Shown here: one piece after another, positions 1-12,027 of the stretch
Numbering within the stretch: the stretch's first letter is position 1
How the letters are laid out: the number at the start of each line of letters is the position of its first letter
From: Balanoglossus misakiensis
Lineage: Eukaryota > Animalia > Hemichordata
DNA: 64,000 bases
Assembly: GCA_040954595.2 (NCBI GenBank)
Contig: CM082582.2
Location: 3,518,303 to 3,582,302, forward strand
Direction of reading: 5' to 3'
Notes under the pieces: generated by a model
Told to the model about the DNA's origin: nothing
The model's input: the letters and a program-made list of their open reading frames with translations, nothing else
Database searches by the model: none
Program-made: the position numbers and the translations under genes

Positions 1-86
<86 letters not shown>
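1..86. repeat. (TA)n microsatellite
   Basis: Pure TA dinucleotide run at the window start. Confidence 0.98.
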
Positions 87-89
<3 letters not shown>

Positions 90-2644
90 CCTGGAGCGAA
101 AGAGAGCTTTCTCCAGGTTTGTATTGTGAATGGAGCACAGGCATCATACTACGGCACGTATATGACAACGCAAAATGGTCGGTGTATATTTTGCAAATTA
201 TAGTCTTTTATACTAACCCTTGTATTTGAATGTTGGATGCCCGGCTCCGCGGTTTAGTCACCGACCTCTGGGGCCAGCCAACTCCTATACAAACGTGGGA
301 GATGCAGTAGGGCCCACTGTATCGGGAGATATGAAGACATAAAACGAAAATACGTCACTTTTGTACCGTGAACAGGGTACGTACTTCCTATTTCTATGTA
401 AATGAGCTAATGTTATACAGACGAATCAAGCTCACAGCTATTCTTAGTATTTGTAGCGTGGGGTCAGGCCTTGGTAACCTCCGACTCAACTATGCCACTT
501 TATGCCAAGCTTGGGCAAATATTGGGCTGGATGCTTTTTTTCAGTACCGTTGGTCTCACCTGGTTGCATGTTGGCGAAACCATTTGGATCATGTGTTCGA
601 CGTTTGGGTGTGCACTGGCAAACGAACGGAAATTCAGAGGTTTTTGCACATTGTAGAGACTGGTGCGTCTTCTGTTTTGCTCTTGCAGTCTCCATTTGAC
701 GACGACACAATTTAAGGACACATAAGCCATACCAGATTTGAACACACCCCTCCCCCAATTAGTTAGATGGCCTGGGCAAAGGTGGTAGGTCGACCATGTT
801 TTGCTGACTAAGAGCGGGTTAAACCGGAAGTGACGTCGTGACACACACCACCTTGCCTGGGCAATAATTTATTAGCAACTATGTAATATTATACAATGAA
901 CCAAAGCAAACGAAAAAAAACATATATACTTTAGAGGCTTTTCCAGGAAACATGCAGTATCTATCAAACTTAGTCTTCCAAGTAACATGCATAACAAATT
1001 CAGTTCAAAATACAGGTTACGTGAATTTAATATTGACTGGTCGATTTAGTCAGCATCAGATCACAAAGCTTTCGGTTTATGTCTCCAATTGTTCATGATG
1101 TCGAACAGATGTCGTTTGGGTCACAGCAACTCATTGGACAGATGTCTGACAATAGACAAAGGCAGTGAATTATAAATATCCCGTTTATTTACAATTATCC
1201 AGGAAATATATAGCGCAAAAATTAACAGTACATTCTTATCGTGTTGTGGGTAACAGTATATAAGTTTATATGAGACATATAAAGCCAAAAATAATTTTAA
1301 GGAAAACCGAATAACCGGCGTAATTAAATGACAAAATGAATTTTATTCAAAATGAAATGTCGTCACCCAGTCATGCTGTGCATAAACACCGTCAGGAAGA
1401 TCGGTGACAGGTCAGCGCAACAATGGCAAACAAAGTATATGTACGATCAAAGTTTGAGTTATAAATCAGCCAGTAATAAATAGAGACACTGATTTATTGC
1501 GAAAACACTCAGCCCTTTTCCAACGAATTTTGGTTCGCATTATTTCTCCACGTCAACAACAATTTATTGCTTGTACAAATGTATTGACAAATGAATTTTT
1601 TCGTTTCATTTTGTTTTCTGGAAGTTAGCTTCTGCCCTCCCGTGTAAGCTCATAGGTCGGTCATAAACACTGTCGACGCCTATTTTATCTGATACTATTT
1701 CTGCAGTATCTCCACAAATACACACATTCAAGCCATGCACGCGCATATAGTTCAGACGTTATTTCACATGCATGTTATGTAAGTACATAGGCCTATATAT
1801 TGATTTTCAGGTTCCCAAAAGACACTCCAAGTATGATATAACAGTGTCAGACATAATTGCAGGCAATTGAGTTGACTTACTGTGGAGTGTCCGCTTAGAT
1901 CTCTTCAGTGAAAAATCTAACTAAACAATTGTCATAACACCGAATTATGAGTAAAATAGGAATGCTAGTACATTCCTGGAACTGTAAAAATCTGATACAT
2001 AAAATACACAAGTACATAATATCGTCTGATTTCTTTGGTGATTATGCTACAAAGCCAAGATTACTCGAAACCATTTGGCTTTATTACGTCTATGGACCAA
2101 ACACATCGCTTATGGTGAACCTATACAGCGTTCCTTTCAAAAATCATTTCACACCACATCAATCACAATATTACATCAGACTAGATCATGTGAAGCCGAT
2201 GAATGTGACGTCACCGACCACAACTATACATGTACAAGACAGCTGACGACACCCAGCGTCATGACATGGGCGATATGTAAAATCGCTTTTCAAGTCTTCC
2301 ACTTTCTGGTGTAAATAAACTAAATTCCTAACAACAAAAAGGTAGTCCGTCACTTGGATTTCATTTGACACCATAATATGAGGAATGAATCCGAGTACGA
2401 TGATATCAACTGACGCAATTTTAATAATTAGGTTCTTATATTATTTTAAATCGATATCGGAGGCTTTGCTTACCATCGTCGCCCATGTATATATAAAATA
2501 AAAAAAGATTTGTCGATCAAAAAAATTCAGTTGTGAAATATTTATATAGATATATCTATGTACACGTAATTTGGAAGCACCTTTGCCGGGGTAATAATTT
2601 CTGGAGGATAGGAGCATTTTACTATTGTAAGGTGAGGTCCCGCC

Positions 2645-5260
2645 TTACATGTATTTATCAAACTCACGGACTATCTGCGACACGTTGATAACGGACCATT
2701 CGGCGAGATTTCTCAAGTTTACTCGGTGAAGAATGCCGTCGATCACAACTTCTTCTTCGCGATGCAGACGTTTGTTATGCTTGTGCAAGTTAACAATCCA
2801 AAAGAGAAAAATCAAGTTTTTGTTCTTGTTGAAGTCAAATGCCGGTTGACATTCAACTAGGCGCTGGAATAAATCCGGAAATCGTTGTCGGAAACCGAGC
2901 CATTTATAGCCACCCTCTATCTTTCTTTGCAAAGAGTATTCGACCGGGTGTGATGTGCTCTTGATGAAGAAAAACGGACAGTGGGCCCGAGGGTCTGTTA
3001 TTTTGTATATCCGTTTTTGGAAATCCGACATGACGCGATCGAGAAGGCCCCTGGCTTCCAACAAAACGTCTGCCGCGTTTCGAATCAGCGCCACAGCCTC
3101 GCGGTCGTTGTCTGACAAACTCAAGAATTGTATGTATTTCTCATGCAAGTCTGTCAAGTGCCGAACGTTCGGCACCGCGATTTGCCTCAGGTCGTCTTGC
3201 AGACTTTCCAACCGTTTAGTTATCGCCCTTTGTTTTATTTTCCCTCTGTGTTGTTCGATCAGGAGTGCTTCTTTTTTCCCGAGGGCCGCGACCCTTGCGC
3301 AATTTTCAAACCAAAGTTGTTCAAATTTTTCGTGGTCTTCGCACGATCTCAGGACCCTGACTAAATTCTCGGCGCCTTCTAAACTGTCGTGTTCAGCTGC
3401 GAGGGAGTAACATTTGCGGGCTTCTTCAATGTCGCCGCCTTCCTCAAGTTCCCTGCCCTGAACCAAATGTAGTTCGCCTGTTAGTCTGCGATAAGGCTTT
3501 GAATTCACGTCGGGGATCAAGGCTATGTACTTTCTAGCATTTTCGCTGTCGACGGCTTTGACATTGAGTTCGGCCAACGCGAGTGCCAGTTTCTCGTCGT
3601 TGACCAACTGGTAAGCTTTCTCGTAGTAGAAACAGGCGCTGTCGATAAAACCTGCCTTTTTGTATATCCACCCTAAAAGTTTCAAAGCCTCGTAGTCATC
3701 CTCGTTCAGAGACAACCGTTGTCGCATTAGACCGACCAACTTCGACACTGCTTTCTCTCCGCCATAGCTGTCGGGTTGTGCTCTGATGGCGTTTTTGTAC
3801 TGCTCTATGGCATTTGCCTCCTCGTTTTTTTTGCGAAGGAATTCGCCGAAATAGAAACAAGCCATGGCCCTGTCATCTCTAGCTGCGGTCTCAACAAGTT
3901 GGCAATATTTAGTTCTTGTCTGGTCGTCGTTATTTACGATGAGCGAATGCGTATACGCCACGTCGCACTTTGCAAGAAAGTTACTTCCGTCCGCCTTTAC
4001 GGCCTGTTCAAAATAATCTAACGCCACGACAAGGTTCGATTGATCCCGCTTTCTCTTGCCTTTAAAATATCTATCTTTGTAAACGCAACCGATCTGACGA
4101 AGAGTGAAACTGGAATCGGACTCAGAATCGCGAGCCTCGTCAAGGAGTTCCAGCGCCTCGTCGTACTTTGACATCAGCCGGTAAACCTCTCCGGCGCGCT
4201 GGACGACGACAAGGTTATTTCCGTCAAGTTCGAGCGCCATTTGTACCTGCTCGTCTGCCTCCATCGTCGAACCCTTTCTGACAAGTCGTCTGGCCAAAAG
4301 AATTCGCGCCAGACCATGCCTGGGGTTGAATTCTAAAATTTTCCGCAGGTTTTGCTCGATTTTGGAAACTGCTGTGACGCCGTTATGAGCTTCTTGGGAC
4401 AGTTTCTCTGTTTTCTCACAGAAACGCGTGTATCCGAACAACCAATCAACGTTGGACGGGAAAACCTCCAGGGCTTGTTTAAAACATGAAATTGCTTCGC
4501 TACATTTTGAATGACCAAACCATTGGAACGCAAAGGCTTTGTGGGCGTTGAGGTACGCTTCCGCCTCCGTCGATAAATTTGCGTACGCAATTTCTAACTC
4601 GCGTATCAAACAATCTACCTCGTCTAATTTACCCAATTTTAAATAAACCCAGGCTTTGTCTGCGAGGAGGATGACCCTGTCCCCCTCGGGCCCGTCATGG
4701 TCAAGACCGACTCGTGTTTCGGTGCTGACTTGCAGCGCTTTGTCAATCCATTGCAGGGCCGATACTGGATCCGTGCTCCCATTGCCACTCAGATCTGACA
4801 TGTAGAGGTATGCCTTCAGGGCCTTTGCTGGCACGGGCATCTGCTCTGGACTGTAGCGAATGTGGTGGTCTATGTAGTCCATTGCGGTCTGCGGGTAGAA
4901 AATCATCTTCTCGTGAGAAGGAATATGAGACATAACATTCCTCGGTAACGAGGTAAACATTTAAAAACACCTGTGATTTTCAGATGGATCGAGAGAGGGG
5001 GAGAGAGGTGGGGAGAGAGCATATATAGAACCGTGAAATTTGGTGACAAGGATTGCTCGATTCTGGAAGGTAACTGTGGAAAGTGATTTATCGTTTGCTA
5101 GTTGTTGTTTTTTTGCGGAATCGAAGGGACGGGGTGGCTCCAGTACCTTGAAATCGCGACCACAATTTTCCTCCAGTTCCCACACAAAGTGACAGGGGTA
5201 CTCTTCTAAGTGGGACTCAAATCCACTGCTAGCTGTAGCTGTTGATACAGAATCCGCCAT
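2645..5260 (-). CDS. IFIT-like tetratricopeptide-repeat protein with an extra C-terminal putative HEPN-like domain (about 785 aa; coding exons 5260-5147 and 4888-2645)
   Basis: IFIT-type motifs in the correct order: CHFVW (cf. CHFTW), DKAWVYLKLG (cf. NYAWVYYHMG), KAFAFQWFG...CFKQALEVFPSN, NPRHGLARILLARRL, VVQRAGEVYR, LRQIGCVY. The two ORFs join in frame across a phase-0 intron 5146-4889 (AAG|GTACTG ... TTCTACCCGCAG|ACC). An acceptor just upstream of the ATG implies a 5' UTR exon (candidate donor AG|GTGAGC at 5618). Confidence 0.85.
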
Positions 5261-5354
5261 GATATTCTGCTGGAAAATGAATATTTAACGTACAGTAAGT
5301 ACTTTGTCTTGGCGTTGTGAAAGAATCAAAAGAAAGAAGGAGCATAGGGAGAGA

Positions 5355-5440
5355 TACAGATACATAGACATAGAGAGAGAAAAGAGAGAGAGATAGAGAC
5401 GGACCGACAGACAGACAGACAGACAGAGAACAAGAAAGAC
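5355..5440. repeat. (AG)n/(AGAC)n simple repeat
   Basis: Visible AG and AGAC runs. Confidence 0.8.
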
Positions 5441-5956
5441 AGTAGCGACGATATAGCTCTATGTTCTATAGCTCTGTATGCCATGGGCAGCCATTTTCAC
5501 GAGACATGTCTCTATCCCGTTGACTGAGCTGACTAAATCTTATTTTGCTGTAGTGCAATACATGTATAAGTGTGAAAACAGGAGACGCAGGATTAACGTA
5601 ATAATGACCCCAGCTCACCTTTTCAACAAGTTGTTCGGAGTGTTCACTTACAAATGGAACTTACTGCGTCTAGCTTGCGACGAGTATTCATGTGGACATA
5701 CAAAAGAGATCGCCTGAAACCAGACTGTTTCATAACACGTATGAACTCAGGAGTAGTTGACTCTGGTATAAATTTGCAGAAGCTGACCTGCGATCGATTT
5801 GGTCTCCAGTTCGTCAAAGCAGTGGTCTGACATAATTAGGTACTACCGAGAATCCACTGAATTGCGTAGTGTTACTAATAATAGTTCTGTTGACACAAAC
5901 ATGGCGTTATTTTAATTTATGAGTCATATTCAACGAATCGCAATTCCAGGTATATT

Positions 5957-5968
5957 GGTTTCGTTTTG
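5957..5968 (-). promoter_or_regulatory. Possible ISRE/IRF-like site upstream of the IFIT-like gene
   Basis: Minus strand reads CAAAACGAAACC, an imperfect match to GAAANNGAAA, about 340 bp upstream of the candidate 5' UTR donor. Short enough to occur by chance. Confidence 0.25.
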
Positions 5969-6108
5969 TTTTGTATGGCTGAGTAGTGTGACAAAGAGTG
6001 ATTGTTTCGCAGACAGACAGACGGAGGGACGGACAGACAGACAGACCGACAAACAAGCAAACAAACAAACAGAGAGAGAGACGGGGAGAATGCCTTCGTG
6101 TGTTGACC

Positions 6109-6698
6109 TAGCTCTGGACTTATGCGCTGTTTGGGTCTACGCTGCTCTCCGTCCCCCACAGCTATGGAGCCATGCGTAGGAAATCCTGTTGGGTTGCGGA
6201 GCAAAATGATTCGCACCGATTTTCAAACAATAAACTACATGAACATGTACATAATGTTGTCAGAAATAAAGATCGTACGAAAATTTCACAAATGGGAACC
6301 TACTTGACGTGTTTGTCGCCGAATCGTAAACGTCGTTAACGCAGCGCCGTAAAACTGGTGACCCCCCCATACAAACACGCCGAGTAAAACACGTGTTGAT
6401 CACATGACTTAAATGAAGGTGAACGTCCATGTTTGCATGGGAGGGTCACCAGTTTTACGGCGCTGCGTTAACGACGTTTACGATTCGGCGACAAACACGT
6501 CAAGTAGGTTCCCATTTGTGAAATTTTCGTTCGATCTTTATTTCTGACAACATTATGTACATGTTCATGTAGTTTATTGTTTGAAAATCGGTGCGAATCA
6601 TTTTGCTCCGCAACCCAACAGGATTTCCTACGCATGGCTCCATAGCTGTGGGGGACGGAGAGCAGCGTAGACCCAAACAGCGCATAAGTCCAGAGCTA
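6109..6698. mobile_element. Non-autonomous foldback DNA transposon (long TIRs, 9-bp TSD)
   Basis: Near-perfect inverted arms of about 265 bp (TAGCTCTGGACTTATG...CATAAGTCCAGAGCTA), short spacer, flanking direct repeat GTGTTGACC at 6100-6108 and 6699-6707. Explains the mirror ORFs 6122..6307(+) and 6500..6685(-). Confidence 0.92.
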
Positions 6699-8259
6699 GT
6701 GTTGACCCAGATCTGGGCTTTCTGGTGATGACGTCATGGGGCAATGTACAACACCTTGAAAGGCCTATATTCCCATCGGTTATACAGCATACAAGCACGT
6801 GATGTTGAAAAAAAGCAATCCATGCAAGATGTGTACATAGCTAACCAGAATATAACATTTCAACTTATTAAAAATAAAACTTTTGGAGTACTCGATACAA
6901 GCACAATTTAGTAGCTCGTGCACAAATCAGTCAGATCGCACGGTGCTCATTTGCATATGAAAGTTCGTCAAGCCAGCGACCGTTAATTTTCAAACAGACG
7001 GCAATAGGCCAGTTTTCAAGGTGATTTTCAACTTGATTTTTACACTCCGTGGTACAATAAAATACCATGCTAGCTCGATAAATTTCGAAAGTGATTCCTA
7101 TTTTGCACTGCAGACGTAAATTTTATGAGAATCTGTCGGTAATAGTAGTAGTTTTTAGCGTGTTTTCGGTGGTATGTTGGTGACCTCGGAAGAGACGTCC
7201 ACAAACGTGCCAAAAATCATTTGAAGACGACCTCGGAAGTTAACCAAGTTTTCGTGACAGATAGGTCTAATATCGGTCCCAACATCCGTGAAAAGAAATT
7301 AACTCGAAATGCTTGTGTAACGGTCAGCTTAAAAATAATCGATGTAGTTCGACGATATGACCCGGAAGTATAGGCCCTACGTTGACCTCTCCATGTTAGG
7401 CTCGTAAATACGGAAGTGTTGCGTTGCTCGTGAAACGACACGTTTATCGTGGGGAAAAGTTTCTAAAAGACACTTGTCAAGTAAAAGTTACTGGATAGTG
7501 TATAACACTCTAAGGTAACATATCAGCCAAGTTTTAACTTAATTACTGGCCTGATTTCGACACAACATCGATCAATCGCACGAGTGCCGCGCCCGGGTGC
7601 TCCACACCGTTCGCCTACATTGGGCTACAAACAAATATTTGATTACCCATGCACAGAATGCCAGGTTTACCGTTCGTGAGGAGCTCAGCTGACGTATTTT
7701 GTACATATTTTTTTCTCCGCATCGTGGGATATAAGTAGACTTTTCGAAAATGCCAAGTGTAACTTCGAAACCACTTCCCTTTATTCGCCGATGATATATG
7801 CAATAAATACAACATTTGTGTCTGAAGGCGAGCGATTTGTCATCATTGCATTGGGTCGATAAATAATAATAATAATAGTAATTTATTTATTAAACAGTGT
7901 TCAAAATACTACTACAAAATACAGGATAAAGAGTTAAAAATACAACAAAATACAGAATAAATTGTCAACTCAGACAGCTAAAATAAAACAGTCAACTGCA
8001 ACACCACCACCACAAAAATCAGTCTTCATCAATCTGAAAGAACAATAAAATTAAAAAAAGTGAGTTTCCTTGACGGGCAAACCTTCATAAAATAATTGTT
8101 AGGGTTTAGTAAAACTCGGGATTACATATCAGCAATCAAAATTTCTTCGCACGAGAGAGGAGGGAAAACTACGCAGCTGGTACAACCCAGGATCAAGCCT
8201 GCGCCAGCGTATATACGTACACATGCATGCTGTCTTCTCCCGCCATTTTGCAGAAGAAG

Positions 8260-8320
8260 TGGCGCTCACGGGTTGAAAAGTAAACAAAATGGCGCTCACA
8301 GGTTGAAAGGTAAACAAAAT
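8260..8320. repeat. 30-bp tandem duplication
   Basis: TGGCGCTCACRGGTTGAAARGTAAACAAAA occurs twice in tandem. Confidence 0.85.
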
Positions 8321-8818
8321 TGAACTGGTCATATCGTCACTATCAAAGCTTGGAAGTGAATGAAAACTCAAAGAGAGGGAGTTTGATGTCTATATTTTGA
8401 TAAAAGTTTGAAATTTCGTGGTAAAATCCATGTGTAACGGTCAGCTTAAAAATAATCGAGAGGATGTTAACGCTATGTGTTTTTTCACAGTCGTCAGAAA
8501 TTTCGTGATTACAAAGAAACTACTCGACAGAAGTTGCCAAAAAATCATTCAGTAACAATCCAGTATACCTACCTTCAAGTGAATCCACGGTTTTGTCTTA
8601 AAATAATCCACATCGCCTGAAAACAGCTCTATAATATCGAGTAAAAAAATGGCCTATTTCGCGACCCTTCAGCGGGGCCCACTCTAACGGCTACATGGTT
8701 TGAAGTACTTTCTTCATTTGCATATGTTAATGAATGCCGTGCGATCTGACTGAAATAGCTGTAGATGTCGTGATTTGTGCAAAATCTCGGGGCAAGCCTG
8801 CCCTCGGCGGCGGTTATT

Positions 8819-10752
8819 TATAATATTTATTTGCATAAATGCCACCGGCCCATTGCATTAAGTACATCAAAATGATACAAAAGTAGAGAACTTGATTTGA
8901 TTGCACCACAAAACTATACAAAACATTTAGACAGAGTCTTACATGCTAATACTATCTAGTTCTTCTTTTCGCAATTCGAATGCTTGATAAACAAATTTTG
9001 CCAGGTTATTTATAATATTGGTTTCACATGAGGTGAATAGTTTGACCATATTTGCTTGATAATGATATCTTGTAAAACACTTTGGTAAATATTTCTCCCT
9101 AAGATTTTGATAAAGCATACATTCAAAAAGAAAATGATTCTCGTCTTCAACGATACATGCATAACAAATTTCACATAACCTTTCAGACCTGTCCAGACCT
9201 TTGCTGCGGCCAGTGACAATAGAAAGCTGGTGACCGGAGCATCGTATCTGTGAGAGGGCCTTTCGATGTTTGTTAATTTTAACATTAGATAAATAATTTT
9301 CGAGGCATGGGCTATTCTTTAATTGACAAAACATTTGTAATCGGCTTGTGCTAGAAATTTCCCCCCACTAGTCTTGACGCCAATTATCTTTTACTGTATC
9401 TGAAAACAGTGTAATAAACAATTTTTCATTACCAACTCCCTGATTAATCCAAACATATCCATAACCATATCTATAAAGTATATTACGAATATGAGATGCC
9501 CAATTTGTTTTCCCCAGTAAATCTTCTCTTACAAGAAGTGTATATGAATGTTTTGCTATTTGTGTATTTGGCATAGATAATAATTTCAGCCACCATTTTA
9601 TGCATCGAATGTATGTATGAACGAAAATAGGTGGTCTCGGCATTTGGAGTGTTACTTTTTACGCCTAAAAAGCGTTTACAATACTTATAATGTACGGTCT
9701 CTGCGCATGCGTAGGGTTGAAAACCCCATATCTCTGATTCATATGTCAAAATTGGCAAGATCATTATATCAAACACTGAAGCTGAAAAGGGAGTTCTCCA
9801 AATTTTCGTGTAAAGCGGTTGACAGTAAATATAACTTTCTTGGCCTGTTCAGATAAAGTTTGTACAGCCTTAAACCATACATTTCGACTAGAAAACACAA
9901 TACCCAGATATTTATAATAAGATACAACATTCACTTGTTCTCCTCCATATAGCCATTTTTCTGTTTTCTTAATTATACCACCGTTTCTAAATACAATAAT
10001 TTTTGTTTTGGACAAATTTACTTTCATTTTACATTTTTCAGTAAATAAATTGAGTGTGTTTAGCAACCTCTGCAAACCAACTACAGTGTCTGCAAACATC
10101 GTGATGTCATCAGCATACAGTAAGAGTAAAATATCTTTCAATTCCTGTGTTATTTGTATACCCATGTGACCTGCATTTTCAACCATATTTTGTAGTTCAT
10201 TAATAAATATAGCAAATAAAAACGGGCTGAGGATGCAACCTTGACGCACACCTGATGGACTGTCAAAACATTCTGTTGTATATTGTTTCACTCTGACGCA
10301 AGATTTGACGTCTTTATAAATGCTTTTAAGGATTGTAAACATTTTGCCCTGAACACCATTCTGTAAAAGTGACATAAATAAAAGTGTATGATTAACAGTG
10401 TCAAATGCTTTGGCAAAGTCAACAAAAACGCAATAAAATCGTCCCCCTCCTCTTCCCAGATATTTCTGTACAATTGCATAAAGAGAGAAAATATTATGTA
10501 AAGTGGAATACCCTTTTCTAAACCCTGCCTGACACTCTGATAACTTGTCTTCCGTGTCGGCCCATGTAGTCAACCTCTCATTAAGAATAGTAGTGAAAAT
10601 TTTACTGAAATTACTCAAAAGAGTGATACCTCTATAATTGTTTACATTGCCCTTATCGCCTGATTTGTGGAGAGGTACAATGACTCCCATGGACCAACCA
10701 TCAGGAAAGTTTCCAGAGTCAAAGATTAAATTGAAAAGGCGCACAAGATATT
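8819..10752 (-). mobile_element. 5'-truncated, decayed non-LTR retrotransposon (LINE ORF2 reverse transcriptase plus C-terminal Cys/His region; probably RTE-X-like)
   Basis: RT motifs NYRGITLL, QAGFRKG, FVDFAKAFD, GVRQGCILSP, LLYADD, YKYLG. C-terminal HQLSIVTGR...CEIC...EDENHFLFEC. Frameshifts near 9770 and 9640 and a premature stop at 9368. TSD CGGTTATT at 8811-8818 and 10753-10760. Confidence 0.92.
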
Positions 10753-11852
10753 CGGTTATTCTTCAATATCGTAACCTGACAGGTGCGACATTTACTCTTT
10801 GAGTCCTCACTCTTTGAACTCTCTCTCTCTTAACCAATGTTTCTCTATGGGGGCCCGTTCTGGTCAAAAATATAGTTAATTAATTTTTGTAGTCATGCAG
10901 AATTAATTTTATGTGTTCTAAATAATTATTTTAGCTTATCTTTGTCGGAATTAATTTTGCTAACATCTCGAATTAATTTTACGTGTAGAGTCGCCCTCGA
11001 ATCTGTAGGTTTAAAGAAGGAGATTTTGACAGCCCTAGCTCGTAGATGCCACAAAGTAACAACCCTATGATTTCAAGGTATACGAAGCGTTAAAGGTGAA
11101 TTTCTCATCGACCTTTTTTTTTCATTACATTACATTCTTTGATTACTTCTCAAGTTCTTGACATTTGGAATTTAAGGAAGTACACAGAAATCAAACACTT
11201 TTGACATGTTCGCTTTTAAAACTGATTTATTCCACACACAAAAATAAAATTTCAACTGCATTAAGACAATTACTCTTAATTCTGTAGAAAAACACCTAAA
11301 TACAACAGTAAGAGTTCTCATTGTGTTTCCAAGACACGGCATTTGGAAAGTCGACATTGCAAATGCAATCACGCAATTTTAATCGCCATTTTGTGAACAA
11401 CGCGCTTCAACTCCGTTGAGTTGTGCCCACTTCAGGAACTATTCGGGAAGTTTACGGAATACATCCATGGCCAGTCTCTCTTTACGTATTAGTTGGTTGT
11501 TTTGGTCCACGAAATCTTGAATGTGAACGTGCTGTAGAGAAGAAAACAACAGAAATGTTAACAGTAGTTATATGTTTATAATGTCGATCGTTCCCGTACG
11601 CCATTATTTGGTGTTGACGTGAAATTGTCCGTGTTAAGAAATTCACATAATTTCGTGTTTTGTTTCATACATGTATATGGTTCATTCGATAGTGTCGACA
11701 ATTTTAATTCTGTGGTCGAACGTCGAACTCAAGGTGAGGAATATTCACCACGAAATAATTTCATGTAGCTTGTAGCAATACAGTGCATAAGCCCAAATGA
11801 TTAAGACACAGCATTAATATAAATATGTATGGGCAATTACAAATAAGTACAC

Positions 11853-12027
11853 AATCTGATCAAAATCAGATGTAGAGTTGGGCGCCGTCTTCACTTTTGC
11901 TGATTTTCTATACTGTTCTGTTCGGAAGGGGTCCCGCACGAACAGCCAAGGCAGAGAACAGGGCAGCCAAAATTATCACCAGCGCTAGCGCCTAACTCTA
12001 CATCAGATCTCGATTTTACTCAGCTTG
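11853..12027. mobile_element. MITE, family with AATCTGATTAAAATCAGATGTAG-type termini
   Basis: Imperfect TIRs (ATCAGATGTAGAGTTGGGCGC / GCGCCTAACTCTACATCAGAT). The same termini recur at 19552, 22205, 44558 and 59973. Confidence 0.7.

Noticed and set aside
368-844. Overlapping short ORFs at the window start
   Set aside because: No recognisable domain or splice structure; possibly transposon-derived but not supportable.
4961-5260. 99-aa ORF as a separate gene, or stop-codon readthrough into the 771-aa ORF
   Set aside because: A canonical GT-AG intron joining the two in frame is a simpler explanation.
6122-6685. Two near-identical 61-aa ORFs on opposite strands
   Set aside because: They are mirror images produced by the foldback element's TIRs.
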